Shown here: positions 25,661 to 38,132 of the stretch, one piece after another
Numbering within the stretch: the stretch's first letter is position 1
How the letters are laid out: each line of letters opens with the position of its first letter
DNA from: Podarcis vaucheri
Taxonomy: Eukaryota
Assembly: GCA_965113315.1 (NCBI GenBank)
Contig: OZ220363.1
Reading direction: 5' to 3' (one strand)
Length of the DNA: 64,000 bases
Notes under the pieces: generated by a model
Told to the model about the DNA's origin: nothing
Database searches by the model: none
Seen by the model: only the letters and a program-made list of their open reading frames with translations
Translations under genes and position numbers: made by a program

Positions 25661-25689
25661 TTAATACAGTTTAGATGACAGGACAACAG

Positions 25690-25915
25690 TAGGGTTGCCA
25701 TATGACCGGAATTTTCCGGACACATCTGGAATATCATATTCGTCAGCAGTGTCCGGGCAGAAATCGGCCAAATGTGCATGAAGATACAGCCGTATGGCAG
25801 CCCATGTCAGATTTGCCTTTAAAAGAGCTCAAAAACTGCATTTTTGTGATCTTACCAAAAAATGCTCAACAACTTTTCTGTCCGGATTTTCACTGTTTGA
25901 AATATGGCAACCCTA
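25690..25915. mobile_element. hAT-Blackjack-type MITE
   Basis: TIR TAGGGTTGCCATAT; 8-bp TSD gacaacag / ggcaacag. Confidence 0.85.
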
Positions 25916-26173
25916 GGCAACAGGAGATGTGGAAATGAGCTTCTGTTTAAGTTCACTTGAAAAAGTCATTCTCTAATTGACTGCAAACATTGACTGCCTA
26001 ATTTGTATGTTACGACGTTTTTGATATTATACTTACTGTAATGTTCTTTCATTTTTTATATTGTTATAACGTGAGCTGCTTTAAGCTCAACACTGTTGTT
26101 GGAACAGTGGGATAAAAATATCAAATCAAATCAATCTTGATTGGAAACGTGGAGAAGGGTAGAAAAATCTCTC

Positions 26174-26320
26174 AGCCTGGATAGCTCAGCTGGTTAGAGC
26201 ATGGTGCTCAAGACGCCAAGGTTGCAGGTTCAATCCCTGTATGGGACAGCTGAATATTCCTGCATTGCAGGAGAGTGGAATAGTTGATCCTCAGAGTCCC
26301 TTACAATTCTATGATTCTAT
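26174..26320 (+). mobile_element. tRNA(Ile)-derived SINE with CR1-type tail
   Basis: Head gatagctcagctggttagagcatggtgct...gccaaggttgcaggttcaatccctgtatggg; tail ttctatgattctat. Confidence 0.85.
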
Positions 26321-26420
26321 CTTATGTTGGTTATGGGGCAGGGCCAGAGAGGCTTATCCCTGGTAAATGTTCTTATATGTCTTTTTTATTAATAATTTTA
26401 TTGTGTTTTTCAGGTATGTA

Positions 26421-26762
26421 CATATCCTCCAAGTGTCCCTATTTTCCAGGGATGTCCCTGATTTAGAGAAGTCATCCCAGTTTCTGATTTGATCCTGGAA
26501 TGTCCTACCTTTCCTTGGGCTGCCCCTATTTTCACTGGAGAAATGCTGCAGGGTATGGAGTTATCCGACCCCCCCCAGCCATCTGAAGACAATTCTGTAT
26601 AGGGAAGTTTTTTATGTTTAATGTTTTATTATGTTTTAATATATATTGGAAGCTGCCCAGAGTAGCTGTGGCAACCCAGTAATATGTATAGTGTGTAAAG
26701 AGAAAATTATCATTATGGAATGGGACATCCCTATTTTAATCAGAGAAATGTTGGAGGGTATT
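26421..26762. mobile_element. Compound hAT-like MITE containing an L2 3' end
   Basis: Left end catatcctccaag; right end gttggagggtat; an internal duplicate right end at ~26524-26554; L2 tail at ~26580-26715. Confidence 0.65.
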
Positions 26763-27199
26763 ATGTATGCAGTTCTTGTATGCAATGTTTGATTGTTTTA
26801 GAATTATAAAAATGAGTTAATAAGCTTCTTATGAATTTCCAAACAAGTTTAATCCCTATCATTTCCATTCTAGATTTTGAAAAGGTACTGTTACACAATT
26901 TAAGCAACAGCAAATGGGATTTAACAATTATGAGTCATCCTAGACATGACTTAAATCAAAGTTATAATTGAATCCAGAGGAAGAGCTTAAAAGAATGACA
27001 TTACATAATAATGAGCTTAACTCTCCGGCTATAAACTTATAACTAGCTGAAGTCAACTATAACTTATCCCATAGAAGATTGGTGCATTACAGAGAAGATA
27101 CAGCCTCCCTAGAACACACAGACTATACAGTGTGATTTGGGCTGTAAAGCTATGCACACTTACCTGGAAGTAAGATCTAAAGGAGCTTGCTTCTGAGTA

Positions 27200-27452
27200 C
27201 AGTGGTACCTCTGGATGCAAACGGGATCCATTCCGGAGCCCCATTCGCATCCTGAGCAGAACGCAACCCGCGTCTGCGCTTCTGCACGTGCCGCGATTCG
27301 CCACTTCTGCGCATGTGTGTGATATCATTTTGAGCATCTGCACATGCGCAAGCGGCAAAACCTGGAAGTAACCCGTTCCATTACTTCCAGGTCGCGCAGA
27401 ACGCAACCCGAAAACACTCAATCTGAAGCTACTTTAACCCGAGGTATGACTG
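27200..27452. mobile_element. Tigger/pogo-type MITE
   Basis: cagtggtacctc / gaggtatgactg, TA TSD. Confidence 0.82.
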
Positions 27453-27492
27453 TAACAGGTATCTGATTACGCGTTTAGTCTACAGTATTGGA

Positions 27493-27876
27493 GGGACGTG
27501 GGTGGTGCTGTGGTCTAAACAACTGAGCCTCTTGGGCTTGCCGATCAGAATGTCGGCGGTTCGAATCCCTGCAATGGTGTAAGCTCCCATTGCTCAGTCC
27601 CAACTCCTGCCAACCTAGCAGTTTGAAAGAACGCCAAAAAGTGCAGGTAGATAACTAGGTACTGCTCCAGCGGGAAGGTAAATGGCATTTCCATGCGCTG
27701 CTCTGGTTTTGGTGTTCCGTTGTGCCAGAAGCGGCTTAGTCATGCTGGCCACATGACCCGGAAAAACTGCAGACAAATGCTGGCTCCCTCTGCCTGTAAA
27801 GCAAGATGAGTGTCGCAACCCCAGAGTTGTCTGTGACTGGACTTAACTGTCAGGGATCCTTTACCTTTACTTTTTT
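27493..27876 (+). mobile_element. Sauria SINE
   Basis: Full length; TSD tacagtatt at 27481-27489 and 27881-27889. Confidence 0.93.
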
Positions 27877-28614
27877 AAAATACAGTATTAATGCTATTAA
27901 TCAAGTATAATAATCCATCAGCATTCTGATGAAATTTGTAACTGCTGAAGATTGAGTTGCTCAGTATTTGATTGTTGAGAGGAGGGTCTGCTTTGTTTTT
28001 CTTGACCATTCTAATTCAACGTATTTTGATAATTGTTTCTGTTTAAATTATTAAAATTCCACAGAAACCAAGCAGAACAAAGAAGGGGGTTATTTCTGTA
28101 CACAAACACAAGCAGGATAGCATAATATGGTCTGCTTTTCTGAATTTTCAGTCTGTGGCTTACTCTTTTCAGTTCTTTAAAAAATATTTTTAGAAAGCAC
28201 AAATGACTTTTTTTCTTCATCCGCGCTGTGTTTTGGGTATGTGGGTATTGCTTTACCAGTGTGTCATATTATGGATGACTATTTTGGACAAGAAATAGTG
28301 CCACATATATGCATCTTGTAAAACCAAGCTATTTCGTATCTTGTTGAAAATTTTGTAGGAAAATTCCTGGCAATGATTGCTATAATGGACTACCATGGAA
28401 TATATTTGAAGAGTTACTTTATGAAGATGACTCAGAATCTAGAGCTTGAAGAAGAACTGACTGAATAATCAGGCTTCGAGCAAGTCCTGTCAGCAACAAA
28501 GGATGGGAAACAAAAAATAGTTTGCCCTTGAAAGTCAATGAGAAAACCAGAGCCTGCCAGGAGATGTTTGAATTGATTATAGAGCTAAGAACAGGACTTG
28601 TCTTTGACTGATTA

Positions 28615-28857
28615 CAGTGGTACCTCACGTTACATACGCTTCAGGTTACATATGCTTCAGGTTATATACTCCGCTAACCCAGAAATTTTGCTTCAAGGTT
28701 AAGAACTTTGCTTCAGGATGAGAACAGAAATCGTGCTCCGGTGATGCAGCGGCAGCCGGAGGCCCCATTAGCTAAAATGGTGCTTCAGGTTAAGAACAGT
28801 TTCAGGTTAAGTACGGACCTCCGGAACGAATTAAGTACTTAACCCAAGGTAGCGCTG
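28615..28857. mobile_element. Tigger/pogo-type MITE (same subfamily as 5406)
   Basis: TIRs, TA TSD, interior close to 5406. Confidence 0.9.
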
Positions 28858-29129
28858 TATTTCACTATTTGTTGATTTGAAATAATTTTAGAAATCAACA
28901 TTACTGTAACTCCTATGAACATGGTCAATTCCTCCATGTCAGCACTGCCTGTGCCAGAAACTGGAGAAATATCAGTATGGAAGCAAGAATGCTTCCTCCC
29001 AACATGGCTCAGGACTTATGATATTACTTAAATGGTGTGGGGGAAAGCAATAGGAAGTCCTACACCCCAAAGGTAACATGAGATGGAACTTGTTATGACC
29101 TGAAGAGGAAGATTCCAATAACCATATTA

Positions 29130-29753
29130 TCATATTGACCTGAATATAAGCCACACCCGCAAATAAGCCACACGTTAAAAATTGAAGGTGGGGGGAGAAA
29201 AAAACCACAATACTAGGGCTGCTTCCTCAGGGGGAGCCAAACCTTCCCCCCTTCCCCCTTCTTTCCGGCAGCTCAGGAGAGGCTTGGGAGTGGCGGCCGG
29301 GCTGCGCGCCGTTGCCCCGCGTTCTGGGCTGCTCTCTGGGGGCAGGGTGAGAGCTACGCAGCTTTGCCAGCGGCCTCCCCCCTTCCTTAGACGGCTCAGG
29401 GAAGGCTTGGGAGTATCGGGTGGGCTGCACAACTCCCCCCCGCAAGAGCAGCCCGGGAGCACGAGGCAATGGCGCTCAGCCCGCCCACCGCTCCAAAGCC
29501 TCCCTCGAGCCGTCGGAGGGAAGTGGGTGGCCACAGGCAGAGTGGTGTGACTCCCCCTCTTCCCCCCTTCGTTCTGACAACTCAGGGGAGGCTTTGGAGT
29601 GGTGGCCAGCCACACTCCTGGGCTGCTTCCTGGGTGGGGGGAAGCCGCACCGCTTTGCCAGCGACATAAGGTCCCGAATATGAGACGCACTTTAACTTTT
29701 CACGATCAGAATTGGGGGCGGGGGAGTGTGTGGCTTATATTCAGGTCAATACC
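29130..29753. mobile_element. Tc2-type element with GC-rich repetitive interior
   Basis: ~23-bp TIR core tattgacctgaatataagccacac / gtgtggcttatattcaggtcaata; termini decayed. Confidence 0.82.
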
Positions 29754-30370
29754 TTCTTTAGGACAACCAAAATATCAAAAACAGTGTGTAAGCTTTCAAG
29801 TTTCCAGAGGTCTTCATCAGAATGGATTGTAAATTGGGAGGGAGACTGCGTCTGGTAAGAGCCTTAAAGCAGGAAGTGGTAGGCATTCAAATGAGACTCT
29901 TTTAAATACTGTGCAGATATCAGGTTGTACTGAGGCCTACTCCAAAGAAGTATAATCATGGCTGGTTCCACATCTCTGGCAGTAGAAAAACAGACTGTTT
30001 CTCAAGTCTATCTCCATACTTAGGTAGCCACCTATGAACACACAGGTTCATTGATAGCAGGTGGAAAACAGTAATAAAGAGAACCTAGGCAGTTTTTATA
30101 TCAACAAAGGTAGAAATTAAATTTAGGTAGTGTGCTAAGTGGATTGAGACCAATTGCTTGAAATGTGTTTAGTGAAAATCATAAAGCCATAGTTGTTCCC
30201 TAAATGATAGGAGCAATTATTTATCTCTTTATAAGTAACTTGACTGCCCATTCCATTATTGATCTGACTATTGATCCCAGCTATCATTACTGGTTCACAG
30301 AGCAGTCAGTGTTCTCAAGATGATTAAAGTATTAAAAGCTAAGGTCTGCTCTAATGTTGTATTTCATTAT
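29754..30370 (-). mobile_element. Decayed Penelope-like remnant
   Basis: Reverse CTGATGA...GAAAGCT hammerhead-like core at 29791-29820 within a PLE-type terminus. The distal boundary is a guess. Confidence 0.5.
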
Positions 30371-31853
30371 TTAGAAGACCAGAGAGCACATAGTAGATTC
30401 ATCTCTTTTAAAATCAAAACTGTATAGCCATAAATAATTTCATTCTTCTCCCTTGAGACACTGAAGTCTGGCAATCATCAGGTAAGTTTGACATATGGTC
30501 AATTATTCTGCTAAGTGATTTCAACTTTAGATGAAGTTAAAGTTGCTCACTATTTACTGGTGAAAAAGTAAATCTACCTGCTCCTGGTAAATTTGTATGT
30601 TTGTATGTGTGAGTATGTACACATACACACATGTACATGGCTATGTAAAAGAAAATTCCCTATATTGTTGTTGATCACTTTGTTTACTAAAGTACAAATG
30701 TGGGGCCACTTAGATTGAAAGTTTACAAATTGAGAAAAGCAGCAGTTTTCAGAGCTTTAGCCACAGAGATGGGAACAAGCAATAAATGATTATTTCATTC
30801 TAAATTCAGCTCAGAGTCAAGGTAGAACAAAGGGTTGACCATTGGAATGCATTATTTTTTACACTGCAAATATGTCCCTTTCAAATAAGCATTATTTTGT
30901 ACATACATAACTGAAATCCTTATTATGAATCTGACACAAATTTCACTGTGCAATCCTGAGCTAGTCATATAAAGTTATACTTCAAAAACTCCACTCACAG
31001 TAAAGTTCCCTGCTGTTGTGAAATAAATCCTTAATAGATATATTAAGGTTAAAGGACTTTAACAAATTTTAATCTTTCAACCATCTTTACTGTTTTATAC
31101 TTACCTATTCAGGAGCTGTACTTAATTGCACAGTAAAAAAATAATATCCCATAATGTTCTGTAATTTCCATTATTATGTGGTGCCTCTCAATGGCTGGCA
31201 CAAACATAATTTTCTATGACCACAAGGGGTTCTGAATCACCGTCTGAACAGAATATGATCTTCCAGGATTAAGAGACTCTCCAGGTGTCTACATAGATAC
31301 GTCTATTTGTTTTTGGGATTCGCAACAACCTATGATGATTGATAAAACATTTACCATTTTCAAATTGCGGTGTCAGTGGTTTATTGGTTTTGGCAGGAAA
31401 CTATGGAAACTGGTATGAAATAGCCAGGATGCTTTCATATTTCAATGTACTGGAGTTTTTCAAGGAACAGTTCCTCTTGTAAATTTGTCTGCACTTCATT
31501 TAATCAACCAAATTTCCAGCTGTTAACAGTTTGTTCTTCTCTATCCCCACCACAATATAAATAAATTTTGCAAAACAGTACAGAAGCAGATCCAGAACTG
31601 GACAGTACAGAAAACATATAAGTGCAATTAAAACTAACCATCAATCAATTATGATAATGTAATGAGCATAGGGAAAGCTGTTTTTCTCTTAGTACATGTG
31701 TCTGTCTCCTGAACTAGATTAGCACAGCACAGTGCAACATTATTGAACATTTTAAAATACACTAAACGAAGTTATAATAAACAAACTTCATCTGAAAAAG
31801 ATAGAAGAGGCAGAAATAATCTGAAGAGAAAAATTCCCCCTATTTCACTCCTG

Positions 31854-32083
31854 TAGGGTTGCCATATTTCAAAAAGTGGCGAAGTTGCTGAGCTTTTAAT
31901 GGGGGGGAGGGGCAAAGTTGTTGAGCTCTTTTTGCATAATCTCAAAAAAAGAGAAGATTGTAACTATATTTTAGGAAAATTGCCCAAAAGCAACACTTCC
32001 GATATGGACATTTTTGCTGCTTCCACAAAATTCCACCTGGACGCCATTTTCGATGCTCAAATCCCTGACGTATGGCAGCCCTA
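31854..32083. mobile_element. hAT-Blackjack-type MITE
   Basis: tagggttgccata / tatggcagcccta; perfect 8-bp TSD cactcctg. Confidence 0.88.
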
Positions 32084-33321
32084 CACTCCTGCGAACATTC
32101 ACAGGTATCCCATTGTTCTTGCCTCTCACCAGTGACAGTGGCTAAGGAGTCTGCTCTCAGTGGCAATCATATGCACGTCGTGCAGAGGTGATCAAACCTG
32201 TCTTGAGGATTTATCTAAATTCTAGATGTATAAAAATGAATCTAATTTGGCCTCCACAATATGAAAACATCCAGGAAGAGGGAAAGTGCCAGTCAATACT
32301 ACATATGCATGTGCTTAAAGCAGCACTATTGTTAAGACTTAAAATGCTTTTTTTAAAAATTGCACTTTTAGAAATCTAAAGTTAGTTCTTAGTCATACCT
32401 TGTCATATGTGGATAGAGCTTAAAGGTCCTAGGTTAGGCTGCAACACTAAACCCCACTCCCACACTGGGAGTTTGGGGACCAATGGAGTCTCCGCTGCAC
32501 CCACAACCAAGCTGCTCACGGTAAAAGTAGCAGAAAGTGAGGGTGGGTTAGGACAATTGGGCCTGATCCTGGCTCTATTCAAAGTGTGGTGCAGCAATCA
32601 GATCCTGAAAAAGGCTGATGCAAGCCAGCGATGGCTGTGAAGCGTGTTTGCGATCCAGTGGATCCTGGGCCGCGTCAGTTCCACTCTTGGAACACCTTGG
32701 TTGGGAGTGTTCCACTGGCAGCAAAATTGCCTGTGTAGTCAAGCTTACAGAATGATGGACCCGTCAGCCGATTACACTTGTGTTGACCATCTTTTGGAAC
32801 TCTGCAGTGCCCCTTGGAAATCAAGACTAATGCTAGAGCAGTAGGAATTACTATTGTTAAGACCAGGAAGAGCTGCTAAGATTTGTGTCTTCTCCTCTGG
32901 TACTTATGCTTAGACCAAAAAATCAACAGGTTCTTTTTTTTTTTATAATAATTTTTATTACATTTTTTCCAATTACAGATAGAACAGAAAAAAGAAAGAA
33001 CATAGAAAATAGAAAAAAAGAAAAAGAAGAAAATCAAACCATTTCAGCAACTTATTTCAAATTTCTATCGAACTTCCCCACATCTCCCGCATAGTGCGTT
33101 CTTAACAATAAAATTATCAGCAAATTATACCCTTGTTTCATTTGTTTCTTTGTACTTTCAATTACAGTTTAAGTTTAAATCCCTTATTTTCCATTTACTC
33201 TAAAAATATAACATATTGTCGTTTTTACCCATTTAAACTTTGGTTCTTTCAAAAATATTATCCAATTTCATATATAATCCACTCTCGTTGCTGGGGCTAA
33301 CCTTCCAAGTCATGCGGCATC

Positions 33322-36300
33322 TTAAAGTTCATATAACTTATAATACTTTTGCAAATAGTCCTTAAATTTTTTCCAGTCCTCCTCCATTGCTTCTTCTCCC
33401 ATATCTCGGATCCTGGCAGTCATCTCGGCTAGTTCCATGTAGTTCATCAATTGCGTCTGCCAATCTTCCAGTGTGGGCAAATCTTGAGTCTTCCAATGCT
33501 TAGCGATGAGAATTCTTGCTGCTGTGGTAGCATACATGAAAAAAGTTCTATCCTTCTTTAACACCTTCTGGCCGACAATGCCCAGAAGGAAGGCCTCCGG
33601 TTTCTTAGGGAAGGTGTACTTAAACACCTTTTTTAACTCGTTATAAATCATTTCCCAGAAGGCCTTCACTCTTGGACAAGTCCACCAAAGGTGAAAGAAT
33701 GTCCCCTCAGCCTCCTTACATTTCCAACATTTATTATCGGACAAATGGTATATCTTAGCCAGCTTGACCGGGGTCATGTACCACCTGTACACCATTTTCA
33801 TAATGTTTTCTTTCAGGGCATTACATGCGGTAAACTTCATACCGGTGGTCCATAACCTCTCCCAGTCTTCAGACATGATATTATAACCAATGTCCTGAGC
33901 CCATTTTATCATGGCTGATTTAACTGTCTCATCCTGAGTATTCCATTTAAGCAGCAAGTTATACATTCTCGATAATAACTTGGTCTTTGGTTCTAACAAC
34001 TCTGTCTCAAGTTTCGATTTTTCCACCTGGAATCCTATTTTTTTGTCTAGCTTAAAGACCTCATTAATTTGGGCATAATGAAGCCAATCTTGCACCTTAC
34101 CCTTTAGTTTTTCAAAGCTCTGCAACCTCCAATTATCTCCAATGTTTTCTATTATTTCCCAATATTTCGGCCAGCCGGCCTCCATATTAGGTTTTTTCCG
34201 AGCCTTGGCCTCTATTGGTGATACCCACCTCGGAGTTTTGCTTTCCAATAAGTCTTTGTATTTTTTCCAGACCATAAATATTGCTTTTCTGACAATATGG
34301 TTTTTAAACATTCCGTGTGTTTTTGCCTTGTCATACCACAAGTACGCATGCCAACCTAGCGAATTATTAAAGCCTTCCAGATCTAGGACATCAGTGTTTT
34401 CTAACAAAATCCAATCTTTCATCCAGCAGAAGGCCGCAGCTTCATAGTATAACCTTAAGTCTGGCAGGGCAAACCCCCCTCTCTCCTTTGCATCAGTTAG
34501 TATTTTAAACTTTATTCGGGGCTTTTTGCCCTGCCAGACAAATTTAGAAATATCCTTCTGCCACTTTCCAAAACATTCCACTCTGTCCACAATCTGCAAG
34601 GCTTGAAACAAAAACAACATTTTTGGCAAAACGTTCATTTTTACAGCTGCAATTCGGCCTAACAAGGATAGTTTCAGTCTTGACCAAATTTCTAGATCTT
34701 TTTTAACTTCTGACCAACATTTCTCATAATTATCTTTAAATAAATTCAAATTCTTAGAAGACAGATTGACCCCCAGGTATTTCACTTTTTTAACAATGTT
34801 TAGTTCTGTTTCCTTCTGAAACCCCTCTGTTTCAGTAGCTGTCAAGTTTTTCCCTAACACCTTAGTTTTTTGTTTGTTCAGCTTAAAACCCGCCACCCGA
34901 CTAAATTTCTGAATCAATTCCAAAACTCTTTTTGTACTAGATTCTGGCTCCTGTAATGTTAAGACCAAGTCATCTGCAAATGCTTTCAGTTTATATTGTT
35001 TCGCTCCGACCCGTATTCCTTGTAACTGCCGATCCTTCCTTATCATGTTCAGCAACACCTCCAGGACCGAAATAAATAATAGAGGGGATAGGGGGCACCC
35101 CTGTCGTGTTCCTTTTTCAATATTAAACCCTTCTGTCACCACATTGTTCACTATCAACTTAGCCTTTTGTTCTGAATAGATTGCTTCTATTCCATTCTCA
35201 AACCCCGTCCCACTCCCATCCCTTCCAAGTTTTTCTTCATAAACTTCCAAGAAATGTTATCAAAGGCATTCTCTGCATCAATAAATATTAGCACTGCTTT
35301 GGTATTGATATTTGTTTGCAACAGTTCCAAAATATCAATAATATTCCTGGTATTGTCAAACAAATGCCTGCCTGGGAGAAAGCCTGCTTGGTCCTTATGA
35401 ATTACTTCATTTAGTACTTTTTTAAATCTATTTGCCAAAATGTCTGCAAATATTTTGTAATCCACGTTTAGGAGTGAGATGGGGCGGTAGTTCTTAAGTT
35501 GAGTCTTTTCAGTTTCCACTTTAGGTATCAGTGTGATGAATGCTTCTTTCCACGTTTCTGGTGCCCTCCCTCCCCCCATGATCTGGTTGCAAACCTCCAT
35601 TAATGGTTGTATCAAGTAGTCTTTTAACGTCCTGTAGTACTTGGAGGTAAGTCCATCAGGGCCTGGAGATTTGCCTAACTGCATATTCTGAATGGCATCC
35701 TCAATTTCCTCTTGTGTTATTTTACAATTCAAGATTGATCTCTTCTCTTGAGATAGTTCTGGTAGGCCATTGTCTTTCAAGAATTGTTCTATCTCAGTCA
35801 CTTCCTCAGACCCTTGGGTGTACAGTTTTTTGAAGTATTTCTGGAAACACTTTCTAATTTCTCCCGGTTTCTGAATATTTTTCCCTTCAACTTCTAGGTT
35901 GGTAACATAATTTAATTTTTGTCTCTTTTTCAACTGCCAAGCTAGCAGTTTCCCACATTTATTCGCAGATTCAAAGGATCTTTGTTTCATTTGTTTAATT
36001 TTCCATTCCACTTCTTGGTTAATCAATTTCGTATATTGTGACTGGTGGAATTTAATTTCTCTTAAAGTCTCTTTTGATTTTGGATTCAATCTTAATTTTT
36101 TCTCTCCATCTCTTATCTTCTCTAATATCTTGTCCTTTTTCCCATTCCAAAGTTTTTTCTTAATCGTATTCTGTTGTATCAGAAACCCTCTCATAACAGC
36201 TTTACTTGCGTCCCAGATTATTCTTTTTTCCACCGAGGTGTTCAGGTTAATTTCAAAATAGTCCTTTAAAGCTTTTTGGGCCTTCTTTACAATCTCTTGA

Positions 36301-37061
36301 TCTCTTAACAGGTTGTCATTCATTTTCCATCTGAAGGAATCGGCAGTAGTAAATCTCATTTCCATTTTCAAAGCGTTGTGGTCGGAGCAGGTCTTTGGGC
36401 AGATTTCCACTCTTATAGTCTTAGGTGCCAGCCCTCTAGTTGTCCAAATTTGGTCGATTCTTATCCATGACAGGTGAGCCTCAGAGAAGAAAGTTCCTTC
36501 TTTAACTAAGGGGTTTCTCGTCCTCCATAAATCAATCAAATCCATATTGTCAGTTAGTTCGAAAAAAGTTTTTGGTAGTCTTCCATCTTTGGTCAAGTTC
36601 TGGTTCTGTGACTTATCCATATAGGTGGAGACCACCCCATTCATGTCTCCCATCATAATGATGTTGGAATAGTCCAGGTAGTCCAGTAATGTCTCATGTA
36701 GCTTCTTGTAGAATTCTGATTTCCCCTCATTTGGTGCGTAAATTCCTAGTATCAAAACATTTTCTCCTTGGGTTTGTATTTCAATTGCCAGGATTCTTCC
36801 TTGTTCGTCTTTAAACAAAAATTTTGGTAATAGATTCTCCTTTGCGTAGATCACCACGCCTCTCTTTTTAACTCTGTCTGATGAAATAAATTCTTGGCCT
36901 AATCTTTTGTTTATTAACACTTTCCTATGGAGCCTTGTCACATGAGTTTCTTGCAGACAGATTATATCCAAATGTTCTTTCTTCAAAATATGAAAAATCC
37001 TTTTGCGTTTTTCCGGGGAATTTGCGCCATTAATATTCCAACTGTATAGCTGCAGAGACAT
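33322..37061 (-). pseudogene. L1 ORF2p (APE endonuclease + reverse transcriptase + C-terminal Cys knuckle), split by one frameshift at ~35200-35206
   Basis: Endonuclease motifs SWNING, LQETH, IYAPN, GDMN, RIDQ, SDH. RT motifs KSPGPDG, YRPISLLNVDYK, DQAGF, DAENAFD, GTRQGCPLSPLLF, FADD, KYLG. C-terminal CWKC..HLWWTC. ORFs 35187-37061 and 33322-35250 join into 1246 aa if 1 nt is added. Confidence 0.95.
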
Positions 37062-37085
37062 CCTGTATCTGTCTGTTGTTGCTCT

Positions 37086-38132
37086 TTATGGGGCGTCTTC
37101 TTTTTTGTCCAAGTCCGAGGGTGCTGGTTCTTTTCCAGATTCTGGTGGAGGCCAAGGAACTGCTACTCCCTTCTGCAGGTCTTCTCCGTGGTCGTGTAGA
37201 AACTTCTGGCTGTCCTCTTTCGTTTTAATTTTAACCTTCTTTCCTTTGTAGTTGAATGATAGGCCTTGTGGAAACTCCCACCTGTAAGGTATCCCGTTAC
37301 TTCTCAAAAGTCCAGCTAGATCAGTGTAGTTAGATCTGAGATCCAGTAATTGTTTAGGGATATCCTTGTAAATTTCCGCTCTTCTGTCCTGGATCTCGAG
37401 TGCTTTATTGAAGTGTAGGTCAAGTAGTTTGTCTCTCTCCTGCTTGGTCCTTAAGATGATCAAACAGTCTCTGGGCCTGTCTTTCCTGGCGACTCTTCCC
37501 AATCTAAATGCGGTTGTTATTTTAAAGTCTGTATCTTCCTTTATGCCCCAGAATTTGGAGAATTCTGTTGTCAAAAAGCCGGTCAGATCCTCTTTCTCAA
37601 TCTCTGGGATGGAGCGTAATCTTAAATTATTTTCCCTGTTTTTCAGCTCCACCATAGACAGATAGGCCTGCTGGTCGCTGATATGTTTATGTAGTGGCCT
37701 TACCTCTCCTTTCAATTCGTCCACTTTCTGGATTGCTTGATCAGCTTTTTCGTTTGCAGCCTCGGCCAGTTTCCGATTCTCAGATGTAGCGTCCTTTAAA
37801 TTCCCAATTTCTTGTGAATGCTTAGCCACTTGTTCAGATAGTTTGGTGATTGAGGATGTGGCTAAGTCAATTTTTGCTGTTTGGTCATCAACCTTCTTAT
37901 TTAAAATTGCAAATTGTTGTAGCATTTCATCTAGAAGGGTGCCAGATCCCCCTGCTGCCATATCCTCAGTTGTTGGCTGTTCAGCTTCCTTGGATGGAGC
38001 TGTTGTTGAGGGTACAGCTCCCTGTAACACAGCAGGGACTGAAGATCTGCGAGACTGGGAAGTCAAAGTTGTTTGTACAAGTTGGCCTTTCCCTGCTTTC
38101 GACGCAGCTCTTGTTTTTGGAGGGCCACTCAT
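37086..38132 (-). CDS. L1 ORF1p (coiled coil + RRM/CTD nucleic-acid chaperone), 348 aa, intact
   Basis: ATG start, heptad-rich N-half, 'NRENNLRLRSIPE' (L1 RRxNLR-type motif), 'IYKDIP', 'YRWEFPQGL'; lies immediately upstream of ORF2. Confidence 0.92.
   Translation of the reverse strand: MSGPPKTRAASKAGKGQLVQTTLTSQSRRSSVPAVLQGAVPSTTAPSKEAEQPTTEDMAAGGSGTLLDEMLQQFAILNKKVDDQTAKIDLATSSITKLSEQVAKHSQEIGNLKDATSENRKLAEAANEKADQAIQKVDELKGEVRPLHKHISDQQAYLSMVELKNRENNLRLRSIPEIEKEDLTGFLTTEFSKFWGIKEDTDFKITTAFRLGRVARKDRPRDCLIILRTKQERDKLLDLHFNKALEIQDRRAEIYKDIPKQLLDLRSNYTDLAGLLRSNGIPYRWEFPQGLSFNYKGKKVKIKTKEDSQKFLHDHGEDLQKGVAVPWPPPESGKEPAPSDLDKKEDAP

Noticed and set aside
26174-26248. tRNA-Ile gene
   Set aside because: The anticodon arm is mutated and the sequence runs into a CR1-type tail, so it is a SINE head.
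29175-29832. Cluster of ORFs up to 171 aa
   Set aside because: Inside a MITE with internal repeats; no recognisable domain.
32399-32844. Two in-frame plus ORFs and a minus-strand donor next to the L1 tail
   Set aside because: Stops in every frame tested and no recognisable protein.
35195-35210. Programmed ribosomal frameshift in ORF2
   Set aside because: No canonical slippery heptamer, and L1 ORF2 is normally continuous; mutation or assembly error is simpler.
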